DNA of 63,762 nucleotides, the filler included, from Octopus bimaculoides (lineage: Eukaryota): assembly GCF_001194135.2 (NCBI RefSeq). It is 4 parts of 4 records of this genome, joined end to end, with 100 filler letters (N's around TTAATTAATTAA, not from the genome) between each part and the next. Parts side by side here need not be neighbours in the genome. Positions count along the whole stretch, not along the records: positions 17,493 to 46,059 come from NC_068994.1; positions 46,160 to 62,399 come from NC_069009.1; 2 more parts are not named here. The stretch is one strand, 5' to 3'. Below are positions 40,040 through 51,925 of the stretch, one piece after another (within the stretch, counting starts at the first letter, position 1; each line of letters begins with the position of its first letter). A program made the position numbers and the translations under genes. Under the pieces are notes generated by a model. That model searched no databases and was not told the DNA's origin. It saw only the letters and a program-made list of their open reading frames with translations.

Positions 40040-41075
40040 ATAATTTCATTGCTTTGCCACGAAAGCGAAAGATGAGGTAGACAATACAGAGACAGACATA
40101 AATTGTGGGGGTTTACATATAATAATGAAATGATAAATAATAAAAAATGTATACACGGTATATACTGGGAAAGAGGAGACCTATGCATAGTATACAGGGG
40201 TATAAAAATGTGTGTGTGTGTGGGGGGGGATGAGAGATATGTGGCCCTCCTGATACAGGAACGCTTCTAGGGATAATTGAGGAACCTCACCGTCCGAGAT
40301 TTCCCTGAAACCCCATGAGTAAGTGCTCTCTCCAATTCCTTCTCTCCGACTCAAAAATAATGATTCCTTTATTAATTATAAGGGTTTACATGAAGAAAAA
40401 CATTATGATCAGCACAGGACAAAACAAAAATAATGTCTGTATGTGTATAAGTGTGTGTAGTTGTGAGGGTTTTACGTGTAAACAAGACTAATATAATTAG
40501 AAAAAGGTGTCGGGGGATGATCAATAGGGAGGAGATGTTCGAGAGCTGCTCATGAAAAAACCCCATAAAATACATGGGTAGCCTGACTTTTGGGACAGGC
40601 GCCTTTCTTCTTTTTCTTGCATTTCTTTTCCTCTTTCCAACTATAGGCGTATGCTAGGGGCAGGCCCGTTCACTCGCACCATTTTCGCCACTTTCATTCA
40701 CCTTTCGGCAAACTGACTAGAAGACAGCACTTTCCTCTCTACCCTTATTTTCCTTTGCAAGTGAAACTTGAAGAAGTTCATCAGGGATTGGCCAAAGAGA
40801 AAAGTGTTTGTTTTCAGTCCCTTTCCCTGGGGTCATTGAGCAGGTAACCTCACTACCAAGGCGACACCAGGCCACGTACATTCACGCTGCCGATTTTGTA
40901 CACGACCATGTTGTTGGGAAAAGAGAAGAAAAGAAAGGGAAAACTTACTTGGTTTTGTTTGGAGGGTCGGATTGCCCGTCCCACTCGTTGGCTTGGGGTG
41001 TTTCCAACAGGAAATCAGCAAGAATTCTCTTGGTGATATTCTGGCGAAAATCTCCGATTTCTTGTGGGAAATGGG
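40040..41075 (-). mobile_element. Internally deleted Tx1-like LINE
   Basis: The minus strand has the APE start MVVYKIGSVNVRGLVSPW, followed within about 70 nt by the ORF2 C-terminus FLFGQSLMNFFKFHLQRKIRVERKVLSSSQFAER, then a 3' UTR with AATAAA and a (TAT)-rich tail. Confidence 0.65.
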
Positions 41076-42730
41076 TTTTTAAGTGTGTGTATGTGTTTTG
41101 TGTTCTTTGAATGATTTATATGAATGCAGGTAGGGAGAATGTGGGTGTGACAAAGTCGTTTGGTTTAATGTTTGTGCTTGTCATTATATGTTTCATTAAT
41201 TCATCGTTTGAATTTATTGCTGTGTAGTTCGTTATGTTACTGTCTTTATTTTGTGTTGTTGCTGTTGCTGTTGTTGTTGCGGTTGTTATTGTTGTTGTTG
41301 TTGTTGTTGTTGTGGTGGTGGTGGTGGTGGTGGTGGTTGTGATTGTTGTTGTTGCGTGTGTGTGAATGGTTTATGTTTCAGGTGTTAGAAGTGGTGGTGT
41401 CGATGCAGTGTTTGCTTTGGGTGTGTTTGTTTTTGTTGTTTTGACTTTGGCAATATCGTCAAACTTAATAAGATATAAAAATTTGCTGATGATTCAAAGT
41501 TTTAGAAATTCATAATGGGTATATGTAACTGAACGAAACTCCAATCTGATCTATGCGTAGTGATTCGATAGGTAAAATAATGATAATAATAATAAGTTGC
41601 TAAACGAGTAAAAAATTGAACTCCTCCATTTTGGAAAAGAGAATATACTTAAACAAACATATTTTGGTCTTCTCTCGAAAGAGCAGTTCCTCGTAGCATC
41701 AAATAATATCAGAGACTTATGTATAATTGTGGACAACAATGTAAGCCAATGTTTCCAAACCTATTTTCTCTCAGGCTTAACTATAACTTTTCAGAAAAAA
41801 TGCATGCCCCAGGGTAGTTGAAAAAAAACCAACTTTATTCTTAATATTTTATCATAATTATTTAATAGGAAAGACTCCAGCTGTATCTCTTTTATTAAGT
41901 ACCGAGTACAAAAAAAGTACATTATTGACAAAGAAAAAAAAAGTGATCCACTTCAATGAGAACCTTGTGTCTGGCAACTATGGCAGTTTTCCTTGATTCA
42001 AGGAGATAATTTTCTTAGCTTCCGCGGTAAATCAACACAGTTTGTAATTTCAAGTCTGCTTCTCTTGGCTCGGAGCAAATCGTCAACAGTACTAAAACCA
42101 CACTCAACCAAATGAGACATAGGGAAATGAATCAAAAGTTCCTTTGCTGAAATGGCATTGTTAGGATATTTCCTTTCAACTTCATCATGTAGCCACATAC
42201 TGGTACCTTTCATTTTGAACAAAGTATTCACTGATTAAATATATTGCAATTCTGATAATTCTTCTTAGACCTGCATTGGAACTTCGGAGATATCTACTAG
42301 CAATGGTTGAGTTAACCAAAAGGAAAAATTCATTTTCTTTGATTCAACAAATCTGTCATTGAAGTCTTTTATCAACATTTTTAAATGTCCAACGATTACG
42401 TCTGTAGAGGTTTTAGTTATCACATATTGATTCAACTAGTAAAATTGAGTGAAATTTCTTGTAGAAATATTCCTTGGGCATAATTCTAAAACTGTAGTGA
42501 ATACGAAAATTTTTGTTTTTGCATCAACAAGAGTTATATTTGCTCATTAAAATTACTTGTTCAAGTTGCTTAATTTCTCGAAGATATCTGTCAAATAACT
42601 GACACATTATTTGTCGTCTGTTGTTGACATTAACTTCAATTCAGGTTTGTCGTTCAAAAACTCACTGAGCTCATCAAATAATTCCATGAATCTCTTCAAG
42701 CAATTTCTTTTTGACAACCATCTTATTTCT

Positions 42731-43037
42731 ATTATTTACATTATTTCTATTATTTACAAGGGCATATGGTATAGTAGTTAAGAGCGCGGGCTACTAACCA
42801 CAAGATTCCGAGTTCGATTCCAGGCAGTGACCTGAATAATAATAATAATAATAATAATAACATCGAAAAATACCTTAGGAATGAGAATCCAGGTTCGAAA
42901 TTTCCTCAAGACACCTGATGAAGGCTGGAGGGTATATCAGCCGAAACGTTGTGTTAACAACAAACAAGATGAGGCCAAATATCCGTCAAATGTAAATAAT
43001 GTACATAATTCCTCATCTCTGAAATATAGAACTGTAT
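42731..43037 (+). mobile_element. tRNA-headed SINE-like insertion with a hammerhead-containing tail and 12-bp TSD
   Basis: TSD catcttatttct at 42719-42730 and 43038-43049 duplicates the EIRW codons of the host transposase. A-box tggtatagtagtt and B-box gagttcgattcc are present, with (AAT)n in the middle. Confidence 0.85.
42910..42955 (+). ncRNA. Minimal type I hammerhead ribozyme motif
   Basis: gacac-CTGATGA-a-GGCTG(gagggtatat)CAGCC-GAAAC-GT-T-gtgtt: stem I 5 bp, stem II 5 bp and a loopless palindromic stem III (ACGT). Confidence 0.7.
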
Positions 43038-43507
43038 CATCTTATTTCTGTATGAAGCAATAATCGAACATGTTCTGCACTTTGATTCACACGGAACTGC
43101 TTAAAAAGACGTTCAGATTTTGCGTTTGTTTTGATGGTGTTGCAGAATCTCGTTAAGAACAGGGAAAATTTTCTTGGCAACCATGTTTTCTCGGTGGATG
43201 ACGCAGTGTACAGTCAAAATATTTAGATTTTCATCCTTCATCAGTTTTCTTGCCTATCACAGAAGGTGTTCCATCTGCAGCGCATGGTAGAATGTTTTCT
43301 TTAACTATTTTCTTTGCATCCGAATAATATTTTGCTTGCTGTAGATATCAACTGCAGTAATAGTCGTTTCTAATGATTCACAGAATAACATTTCTTCCTG
43401 AAACTCCTCTTGATCAATATACCTCACGTATGCCATTTACAAGCCCCCCCCCCCACCACAATCATATATGTATATATCAATTCATTCACTTTACTATTTA
43501 TTTCTAG

Positions 43508-43740
43508 GCACTGAAACTAGTAACATTACGATAGCCACCGGTCAAGGTGGTACTGACGATGGTGTAGTGTTGAGATTGTATTTCACTCAATGTGAGACAA
43601 ACGTTACGCTGGACACACCTGCTAATGACTTTCAGCCGTACTCTATAGATGTCTTTAATGTATCTCTTCCTTCGTGTGGTACATTGCATTGCATAAGATT
43701 GTATCAGCTTATGTCGACTTCGGTCTGGGACGTGCGGAAT
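43508..43740 (+). CDS. PLAT/LH2 domain exon, module 3
   Basis: tttttctag|...AAT|gtaagt, 233 nt, phase 1 to 0; TETSNITIATGQGGTDDGVVLRLYFTQCETNVTLDTPANDFQPYSIDVFNVSLPSCGTLHCIRLYQLMSTSVWDVRN, with the PLAT hallmarks TG..GTD, NDF....D.F, G.L..I.L and W. Confidence 0.85.
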
Positions 43741-44855
43741 GTAAGTACATTATTTTACTGAAGAACTATTGACTAAATGTATATGCGTACTCACTCTGCA
43801 TTGGTATGTTGCATGACTGAAATATTACGTGTTAGGCAAGCTAGTGTTTTAATACATGTAATACAGAATGCATTCAAAAATATCTAACAAAAATCATTGT
43901 GGTGAGCTTGTCTGGTATTGTTTCTTTGATAATCACAAGGCTTGAAACTTGAGGAAGATGTTTAGTCAATTAAATCGACGCTAGTAGTTGACTGATAGTG
44001 TATTTTATTGACCCCGGTGGAAAGAAAGGCAAAGACGACCTCGGTGCGATTTGATGTGAGAATGCAAAGAACCGAGCAAATAATGCTCTAACAATTTTGC
44101 CAATCCATCAGACCTTGAGTAATGTACCTTTGTCCCGAGCAAGACGTTAAACAGCATCCGGTGGTGAAACTCCAGTTCAGAGAGTTTTAAGGAGTATTGA
44201 GTTGACCCTTAGGCATCACTACTCTCAGGACCACTCTGATTCGGGGCATTAATACTTCTCGAAAATCTCAGTTATGAGGCGTGCAGCAGAAGCTGCTCTC
44301 GTGGCTAAGGTATACAAGGTTTAGAGAATGACTGACACCGAAAGACGCATCACATCCACCGATGTATGGCTATGTCCTGAATATCACATGAATCAGTTGC
44401 TATGTTGAAAGGTTAAATAAGCCTTGTGTCTCAAGTGCAAAAATCTAGAGGACAGGAGACTAGCGGAGTAAACTGTAAATAAACCCACAGAAGGCAAACG
44501 GAGAAGTATTGCTGTATATGTTCAGACTTTGGCATGGAGATCTATGGTCACTGATACCTATAGGCATGGCACATATTTTTGGTAGTTTTAGATTACATCA
44601 GCGAATAACAGTAATGATGTGAGACTCATTAATTAAATAATACAAGACTTGTTAGCGGAAAACAATAAAATAAAAATGTTCAAAAATAAATTACCTTTAA
44701 ATGCATTCTGCATGAAAGCACAATAGCTAAGTTAGTGTGAATTAGATTTTAAATGTGGCGGTTGGTAAACCAATATTTAAGTATCAGAAGTAATAATAAA
44801 CAAAAGAGAAAAAAATGTGATCATCTTCATATATCTAAATTTAGAGGAATGGGGT

Positions 44856-45244
44856 TGTTGTTGTTGGCACTCCGTCGCTTACGACGTCGAGGGTTCCAGT
44901 TAATCCTATCAACGGAACAGCCTGCTCGTGAAATTAACGTGCAAGTGGCTGAGCACTCCACAGACACGTGTACCCTTAACGTAGTTCTCGGGGGATATTC
45001 AGCGTGACACAGTATGACAAGGCTGACCCTTTGAATTACAGGCACAACAGAAACAGGAAGTAAGAGTGAGAGAAAGTTGTGGTGAAAGAGTACAGCAGGG
45101 TTCGCCACCATCCCCTGCCGGAGCCTCGTGGATCTTTAGGTGTTTTTGCTCAATAAACACTCACAACGCCCTGTCTGGGAATCGAAACCGCGATCCTATG
45201 ATCGCGAGTCCGCTGCCCTAACCACTGGGCCATTGCGCCTCCAC
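44856..45244 (-). mobile_element. Young full-length tRNA-derived SINE (family D) with 13-bp TSD
   Basis: TSD agaggaatggggt at 44843-44855 and 45245-45257; tRNA head at the right end and (CAA)n tail at the left. Confidence 0.9.
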
Positions 45245-45853
45245 AGAGGAATGGGGTATGGAGAAGGGAAAAGATTTGGTGGCACATTTACCTACGATGC
45301 TTTACGTTACAAGTTGTAAAAACGATGCCGAGGAGGACACGATTTTTGTCCTTGTGTAGCAACTGTTACTTCCTATTTGCTTAAAGTATGCATAATGGCT
45401 AATATTTCCTTCAAACTTTGATTTTCTTTCATTTATTCAAACCCCAAAATAAATTATTCAAACCTCAAAGTAATTTATTCAAACCCTCAACGCATGACTA
45501 TGATGCTCCCCCAGAGATGTAGATATTGTCAGTCGCTAAGGGACGGGGTCAACTGGTTAACGTCAAGCAACTAACAAGCAAATCTGTGGTATTGAGCAGA
45601 ATATTTACTGGAACGATATTTCTGCCTCAGTAACTCAGCACTGAATCTGTCTAAAATAGGTCAGTTTCAAAACATTGATGTCCAAGTGACAAAAGCAAAG
45701 TTTGAAGGGAATTGTAGTCATTTACTTTGATTTCTTGATAGAAGCAAATAAGAAATAACACTTACCAACTAACCCCCCTCCCTCCCACCGATGTTACCCT
45801 GTATAATCGATAATGTCAGATATACTGTAACCACTTAATATTTCACATTGCAG

Positions 45854-45950
45854 ATTACAATTTTATATAGAAAATCATCTCGTTTTTTCATGAATGGAGA
45901 CCCTAACATGCATGTGAAGAAATTATACTGCAAAAATAACGTGAACAAAG
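45854..45950 (+). CDS. PLAT-repeat gene exon, module 3 second exon (GC donor, or terminal exon reading to TGA at 45998-46000)
   Basis: tttcacattgcag| phase 0; ITILYRKSSRFFMNGDPNMHVKKLYCKNNVNK, then AAG|gcaagt. Confidence 0.6.
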
Positions 45951-47616
45951 GCAAGTTGAAAAGTACTCCCAAAGTAATAAATTATTATTCCAGCTGTTGA
46001 TTGAACAAAAAATTACGTATACATTTCGTTTCATTTATTTTTCGAGATATGTATACACANNNNNNNNNNNNNNNNNNNNNNNNNNNNNNNNNNNNNNNNN
46101 NNNTTAATTAATTAANNNNNNNNNNNNNNNNNNNNNNNNNNNNNNNNNNNNNNNNNNNNTAGATTGCGCATATATGCGTATACAAAAATGTATATAGCAT
46201 CACGCATATAGATACATATGCTGATATGTACGCAAATAGTTACGATCATAACCTTGTACATGCGTATGTACACATACAAGTATATGCGAGTGTGAACCTA
46301 ATCGCACATACGCACACATAATAATATAGATGCATGTATGTATAAATAAACACAAGCATATGCCCTTACCGTGTATACACAAAAAGAATATACGCACGAA
46401 ATCATAACAGCATATGCACAAGTGCGAACCCAGGCCCCATATGCAAGCGTAGGTACATGTATATGAATACGTAAGTGCTTTAACTATACAGACATCTACA
46501 TAAAAAAACCCATTAGATTTCAGTATATATATGCAGCCAACTTCTTAAACTGCTGGTTGTATAAAGGTTAAACCAGGCGAAAATACATGCATAAAAGAAT
46601 AAAAGAATACAAAGCGTTTTTTTTTTTTAAATAGAATAGAAAAAAATAAAAGTAAAAAGTAAAAAATAAATAAAAATAAAAGTAAAAACAAGGGAGAAGA
46701 AAAATTATGTATATAACAGACGAAGGTTTTCTTAAAATGACGTAGGGGTCTTTACAAAATTCTCACAACGCTAATTCAGTACCAATCCAATAGTCAGATT
46801 GCACAATGGTTATAAGGAGTCGATCATAGTCCAAAATTTTACCCATATGGAATATTACATGTAGACATTTTAAATTTGGACGCATGCCTACGATGGTAGA
46901 TGGTAACTGAAAGAAGCCTATCATATATATATATTTATGATAGACTTCTTTCAGTTTCTGCCTACCAAATATATATACATGTGTGTGTGTATGTATATGT
47001 ATGTATATGTATATATGTGTATATATTTGTGTCATTGGGGGGGTCTGTGTTTGTCCTCACCACCTTTTGAGAACTGGTGTTGGTGTGTTTACGACTGCAT
47101 CACTTAGTGGTTCAGCAAAAGGGACCAACAGAATAAGTACCAGGATTTGAAGAAAAAAGTACTGGGGTTCAATACAGCCAATTAAAAATTTTTCAAGGCA
47201 GTGCTACAGCATGGCTGCAGTCTAATGATTGAAACAAGTAAAAAGAAAAACAAAAGAAAAATAGATCATTGAATGGCTATGGAGGTCCAGCAGAGTAAAA
47301 TAGGAATCTAAGGGGTCCATAGGCACCTGCTGTTGTCCCTCTTTCATACTTTAATCTCTCATCACTTGACACAAGGCTGCCTTCCTCAATACTAGGATAC
47401 ACTTCTGTTGAGGGATCTTGTCTTGTAAGTTACTTGATGACCCCACTAATCCTGGTATCACATTAAAAGGACTCAGTCCATTCTGTAAAGTTGTTGGTGT
47501 TAAGAATGATATCCAGCCATAGAAACCCACACCAAAGCAGTTATTAGAGCTTGGCACAGTTCTCTGGCTTGCCAGCTCCTGTTGAACCATCCAATCCATG
47601 CCAGCATGGATAATCA

Positions 47617-48210
47617 TCATCATCATCGTTTAACGTCCGCTTTCCATGCTAGCATGGGTTGGACGATTTGACTGAGGACTGGTGAAACCGGATGGCAACA
47701 CCAGGCTCCAGTCTGATTTGGCAGAGTTTCTACAGCTGGATGCCCTTCCTAACGCCAACCACTCAGAGAGTGTAGTGGGTGCTTTTACGTGTCACCCGCA
47801 CGAAAACGGCCNNNNNNNNNNGCACTGGCAACGATCTCGCTCGAAAATCCTACAGGAGCCAGTCAGGCGGTACTGGCAACGGCCACGCTCAAAATGGTGC
47901 ATCTCATGTGCCACCCGCACAAGAACCAGTCCAGGGGCACTGGCAACGATCTTACTTGGCTTGCCGGGTCTTCTCACGCACAGCCCATTTCCAAAGGTCT
48001 CGGTCCGTAGTCATCGCCTCGGTGAGGCCCAATGTACGAAGGTCTTGCCTCACCACCTCAGCCCAGGTCTTCCTGGGCCTACCTCTTCCACGGGTTCCCT
48101 CAACTGTTAGGGTGTGGCACTTTTTCACGCAGCTATCCTCCTCCATTCTCACCACATGTCCATACCAGCGCAATCGTCTCTCTTGCACGCCACAACTGAT
48201 GCTTCTAATG
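47617..48210 (-). mobile_element. RTE-clade LINE 3' fragment with 3' UTR and (ATG)n tail
   Basis: RRLRWYGHVVRMEEDSCVKK...RGRGRPRKTW. UTR-only copies lie at 56620-56912(+) and 62500-62745(+). Confidence 0.9.
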
Positions 48211-48344
48211 TTCGACCTTAAATAATGATGATGTGATGGTATTTCTGTAAGAATATCCATAACATTGTAGATGTGCTCTCTCATTTATATGCTATCTACC
48301 ACACCATCATCACTGCCACCACTACTAAATTACTACTACTACTA

Positions 48345-48650
48345 CAAGAGGAACATGGCCTAGTGGTTAGAGCAGCGGACTCACGGTCAAGGGTTTGCTG
48401 GTTTGAATCTCAGACTGAGCGATGTGTTTGTTTAGGAGCGAAACACCTAAGCTCCACACGACTCCGGCAGAAGGTAATGGCACACTTCTGCTGACTCTTT
48501 CACCACAACATTTTCTCACTCTTTCCTCCTGCATCTAGCAGCTCACTTGTGATGGACCAGCATCCAGTCCAGGAGGGGAACCTATACACCATGAAACCAG
48601 GAATCAGACCCTTATGAACCAGGCATGACTCAAGAAAGCACAAACAACAA
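48345..48650 (+). mobile_element. tRNA-derived SINE with a V-domain-like core
   Basis: tRNA head tggcctagtggttagagcagcggac; the segment gtgatggaccagcatccagtccagg resembles the V-SINE central motif as I recall it. Confidence 0.55.
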
Positions 48651-48931
48651 CAACTATTACTACCTTCCCACTGCTACTACTTCTACCACCACCTCTACTA
48701 CTACTACCGCTACCCCACTACTTCTACTACCACTACCACTTCTACTACTACCACCAAAACCACCACTACTACTGCTGCTACCACCATCACCACCACCACT
48801 ACTACAAAATACCACAACCACCACTACTACTACAACTATCACTACCACCACCACCTCCACTACTACTACTGCTGCTGCTACTACTGCTATCACTACTACT
48901 GCTACTACTGTTGTTTTTGTTGTTCCTGCAG

Positions 48932-49062
48932 GCAGTGCAATATCACTGGTACAGCTACTCGAAGAAATTCAGCCTTCAGTCTGGTTTGCTAAACCATCTG
49001 ACATCTTCCTCAATTGGTCGTTTGTGGAGTTAACGATGACAGCAGAAACCTCAAATAAAGTG
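48932..49062 (+). CDS. Exon of an unrecognised protein (second gene, or continuation)
   Basis: gttgttcctgcag|...GTG|gtaagt, 131 nt, phase 1 to 0; SAISLVQLLEEIQPSVWFAKPSDIFLNWSFVELTMTAETSNKV. The other two frames contain stops. Confidence 0.7.
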
Positions 49063-50077
49063 GTAAGTACCCAACAATGTTTGAAACACTGATTACTGGG
49101 TTCTAATACTGCCTGGTTCCTGTTTGATATTCGTACCTTCAAGGGGTTATCTTTTACTTGTTTCAGTCATTAGACTGCAGACATGCTGGGGCACCACCTT
49201 GAAGAATTGTTAGTCAAATGTATAGACTGTAGTACTTAATTTTTCTTATAAGCCTGGTACTTATTTTATCAATCTCTTTAGCTGAACCACTAAGTTACAG
49301 GGAAGTAAACACACCAACACCAGTTGTCAAGCAGTGGTGGGCAGCACAAGCACAGACACATGCACACACACTCACACACATGCACGCACACACATGTGCA
49401 CATACACACACACACACACACACCCAAAACTATCTCAAATATACAGAATAATGTATTTTCTCAAACTATGAAAATGTGTCACCAGTGGTGCATATGGTAG
49501 TTGTGTGATGTTTGCAGTTAACATGATATGGAAACTTTCTGGTATTATTTATTCACCATTGCACACGTTTCATTTGCTAATAGGAATTACATAGTTTTAT
49601 ATTTTAGATAAACATGTAAAGAATTTCCAGTTAAAAATTCTTCAGGCAGAGAAATTAAATAATACAAATTTTACATTTGAATGAAGTGTTTATATTTAGA
49701 TAGTAATCAAGAGCAGCACGAACAGCACCAGTTAAGGAAGAAAAAGAGAGAGAGAGAGAGACACTGACACATCTTAGCTACCTACACTATATATATATGG
49801 GATATGAGGAGTCTTTGTCAGTATAACTCAAACTAATAGGTATGCGTTCTGTGTGCTCAAATTACAGGTGTGCCACCAAAATTCCAGTTTGAACAACAGT
49901 TGGAGTAGTCGTTATGTGACTATCTTGTTCAAAAAGGCTAAAGGTGGCTTCCTTTTGAGTCAGTAGGTGTTGGTTAAAGTAGTGAAGGAAGGTTAGCAAT
50001 AAGGTAATGCATGACAAGGACATTTAATTTAATCTAATTTAGTTACATGATGAATGATAAAAAATAGTGAAAAATAG

Positions 50078-50167
50078 TCTCTGACAGCTGTTTCTGGGTT
50101 ATCCCAGCTATTGGAGCATCATATCAAACAAAGAGTCTGTAAGTTGAGTATACCATCATCAGAGAGA
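50078..50167 (-). ncRNA. Penelope-type hammerhead ribozyme motif with a GUC site
   Basis: Minus strand: tctct-CTGATGA-TGG...CCA-GAAAC-AGCT-GT-C-agaga; stem I 5 bp, palindromic stem III ACAGCTGT and a long stem II loop. Confidence 0.65.
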
Positions 50168-50599
50168 TATAGGTTAGACACTGGAAGAAAGTTCCTCATC
50201 AATGATGTTTGTTGTAGACATAAGTGGACATAAAGTAGACAGAAGAAAGATAATAGACAAGTCTACAGTGGGTGATCAAATTTTAGAGAGGATACATAGG
50301 GTCGTCTAGCCACTAAGAAAAGCGTGAAATAGATGTCAACTAATAAAGAAAAGATTTAAGATTTGCAGTGTAAAAAAGTAAGGTTATGTTATAAAAGTAA
50401 ATAAACATAGTTAATTAAAAAAATAATAAAATAAGTTAAAATAAAGTTAACGCTTAAAATTAAGGTTAAAATTAGAAGTAAGAAAAGGGTGTCTGTAGCA
50501 CTAATGAAGATACATTGTTAATGAGGCCTGCAGAAGAACTATGGGCCTAAGGAGTCTATGTATATATGGAGAGAAAGTTTAGTGCAGTTCATTTAATAA

Positions 50600-51250
50600 A
50601 AGTAAAACGGTCATGTATGTGAAAGTGTTGGATAGGTAAAATATCTAAGTTAGATGTTAGTGATAATCGGAAGTGTTGGGTTTTTTTTACATTTAGACCT
50701 ATGGAAAAATTTGAAAGACTTTCAAAATTTGTGTATACAGATGGAGAATGCTTCATGCTGTTTATTAAGTAACAGTGTAGGGTTATGTAACAATACATGT
50801 AAGGACTCTTTTAGCCATAGCCGAAAGGTAGTACACTGACCTTGGTATGGGAGACTGCAATCATTTATAGACCAGGATATATTATGAGGAATTTTCTTTT
50901 CTTTAAGGTAATGCATATGATCAGTTTGACCAGTAGACTTGCTATGCTCTTCATACTTAAAGGAATTTAAATGGGCCAAATATCAATGCTTGAAATTAAC
51001 TGTGGATTCTATATAGTACCTAGTAGAATTATGAAGTGTGTTATGAACTATGCATTAGTAAACAACATTAAACCTTCTGCAATGAATTTGCAATGGGCAT
51101 TCATTCTCAAATTTGTAGTTGCAACTAGACCTATCTGATACGAAGTTTTTTCCATATGTGGAATGGATGTTGTACTATTAGAGGGCATGCTAAGGTTTAG
51201 GGTAGTACCCTCCAGACAACTCACGTTTTCACTATTATCGATATTGTTTG
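50600..51250 (-). mobile_element. Penelope GIY-YIG endonuclease-region remnant
   Basis: HLNSFKYEEHSKSTGQTDHMHYLKEKKIPHNISWSI...PYQGQCTTFRLWLKESLHVL resembles the Penelope C-terminus and lies just upstream of the hammerhead on the same strand. Confidence 0.65.
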
Positions 51251-51653
51251 TACCTATAATATATTGATTAATAAATGAGATCATAAGGATTCTAGACTCC
51301 TGGGAAAGACTAGTAGTTAATATTGTTTTAAAATTTTGGCACAAGGCCAGCAATTTCGAGTATAGTTTAAGTCTGTTATATCAACCTCAGTGTTCAACTG
51401 GTACTTATTTTATTGACCCCCAAAAGGCAAAGTCGACCTTGGCAGAATTTGAACTCAGAACATAAAGACGGATGAGATGCCACTAAGCATTTCGCCCAGC
51501 ATGCTAACAATTCTGCCAGCTTGTTGCCCTAGTGGCAACAGTAGTCTAACACCAGCTTAGTCCTAATCCAACTGTCCTATAATCAAAGATGTTCCAGCTA
51601 ATTACACAATTAAATAAAGCAGTCCTAGGTAAATTATATTTAATACCATTTAG

Positions 51654-51925
51654 GATGGTCATGGGTGGAACATCTCCATCCTATTCATCTCTTTATTGGT
51701 GCTATATTGCAGCTTGAATACTGGCTTAACACAGTCTCTGTTGAAGACATTCAGTTTTGTCTTAAAAGGAACACTGCCATCACTTCCTCCTCATCCTCTT
51801 CTTCCAAGAACACCAGCCATGATGCAGAAGACCAAACTGTAAATCAAGAGAAAGAATATAGAGGTACCAGAGATGTGGTACCCTTGTCACTGATTCAATG
51901 CAGAGGATTTCTACAGGCTTTGTTT
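51654..51925 (+). CDS. Exon of the unrecognised protein
   Basis: accatttag|...TTT|gtaagt, 272 nt. The phase-1 frame is open throughout (WSWVEHLHPIHLFIGAILQLEYWLNTVSV...GFLQALF); the phase-0 frame is open for 62 codons. Confidence 0.6.

Larger units (their letters stand above)
41747..43430 (-). mobile_element. hAT (Charlie/Buster-like) transposon, decayed and interrupted by a SINE
   Basis: The minus strand has ...HVRLLLHTEIRWLSK... and the dimerisation motif LLIHFPMSHLVECGFSTV; hAT-like terminus caatgtttccaaac at 41747. Confidence 0.85.

Noticed and set aside
42760-42835. tRNA-like sequences here and at other SINE heads
   Set aside because: They have A and B boxes but no complete cloverleaf, and they continue into repeat bodies.
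50088-50138. Apparent + strand exon (gacag|...TCT|gtaagt)
   Set aside because: It is the antisense of the Penelope hammerhead region, which explains the sequence better.
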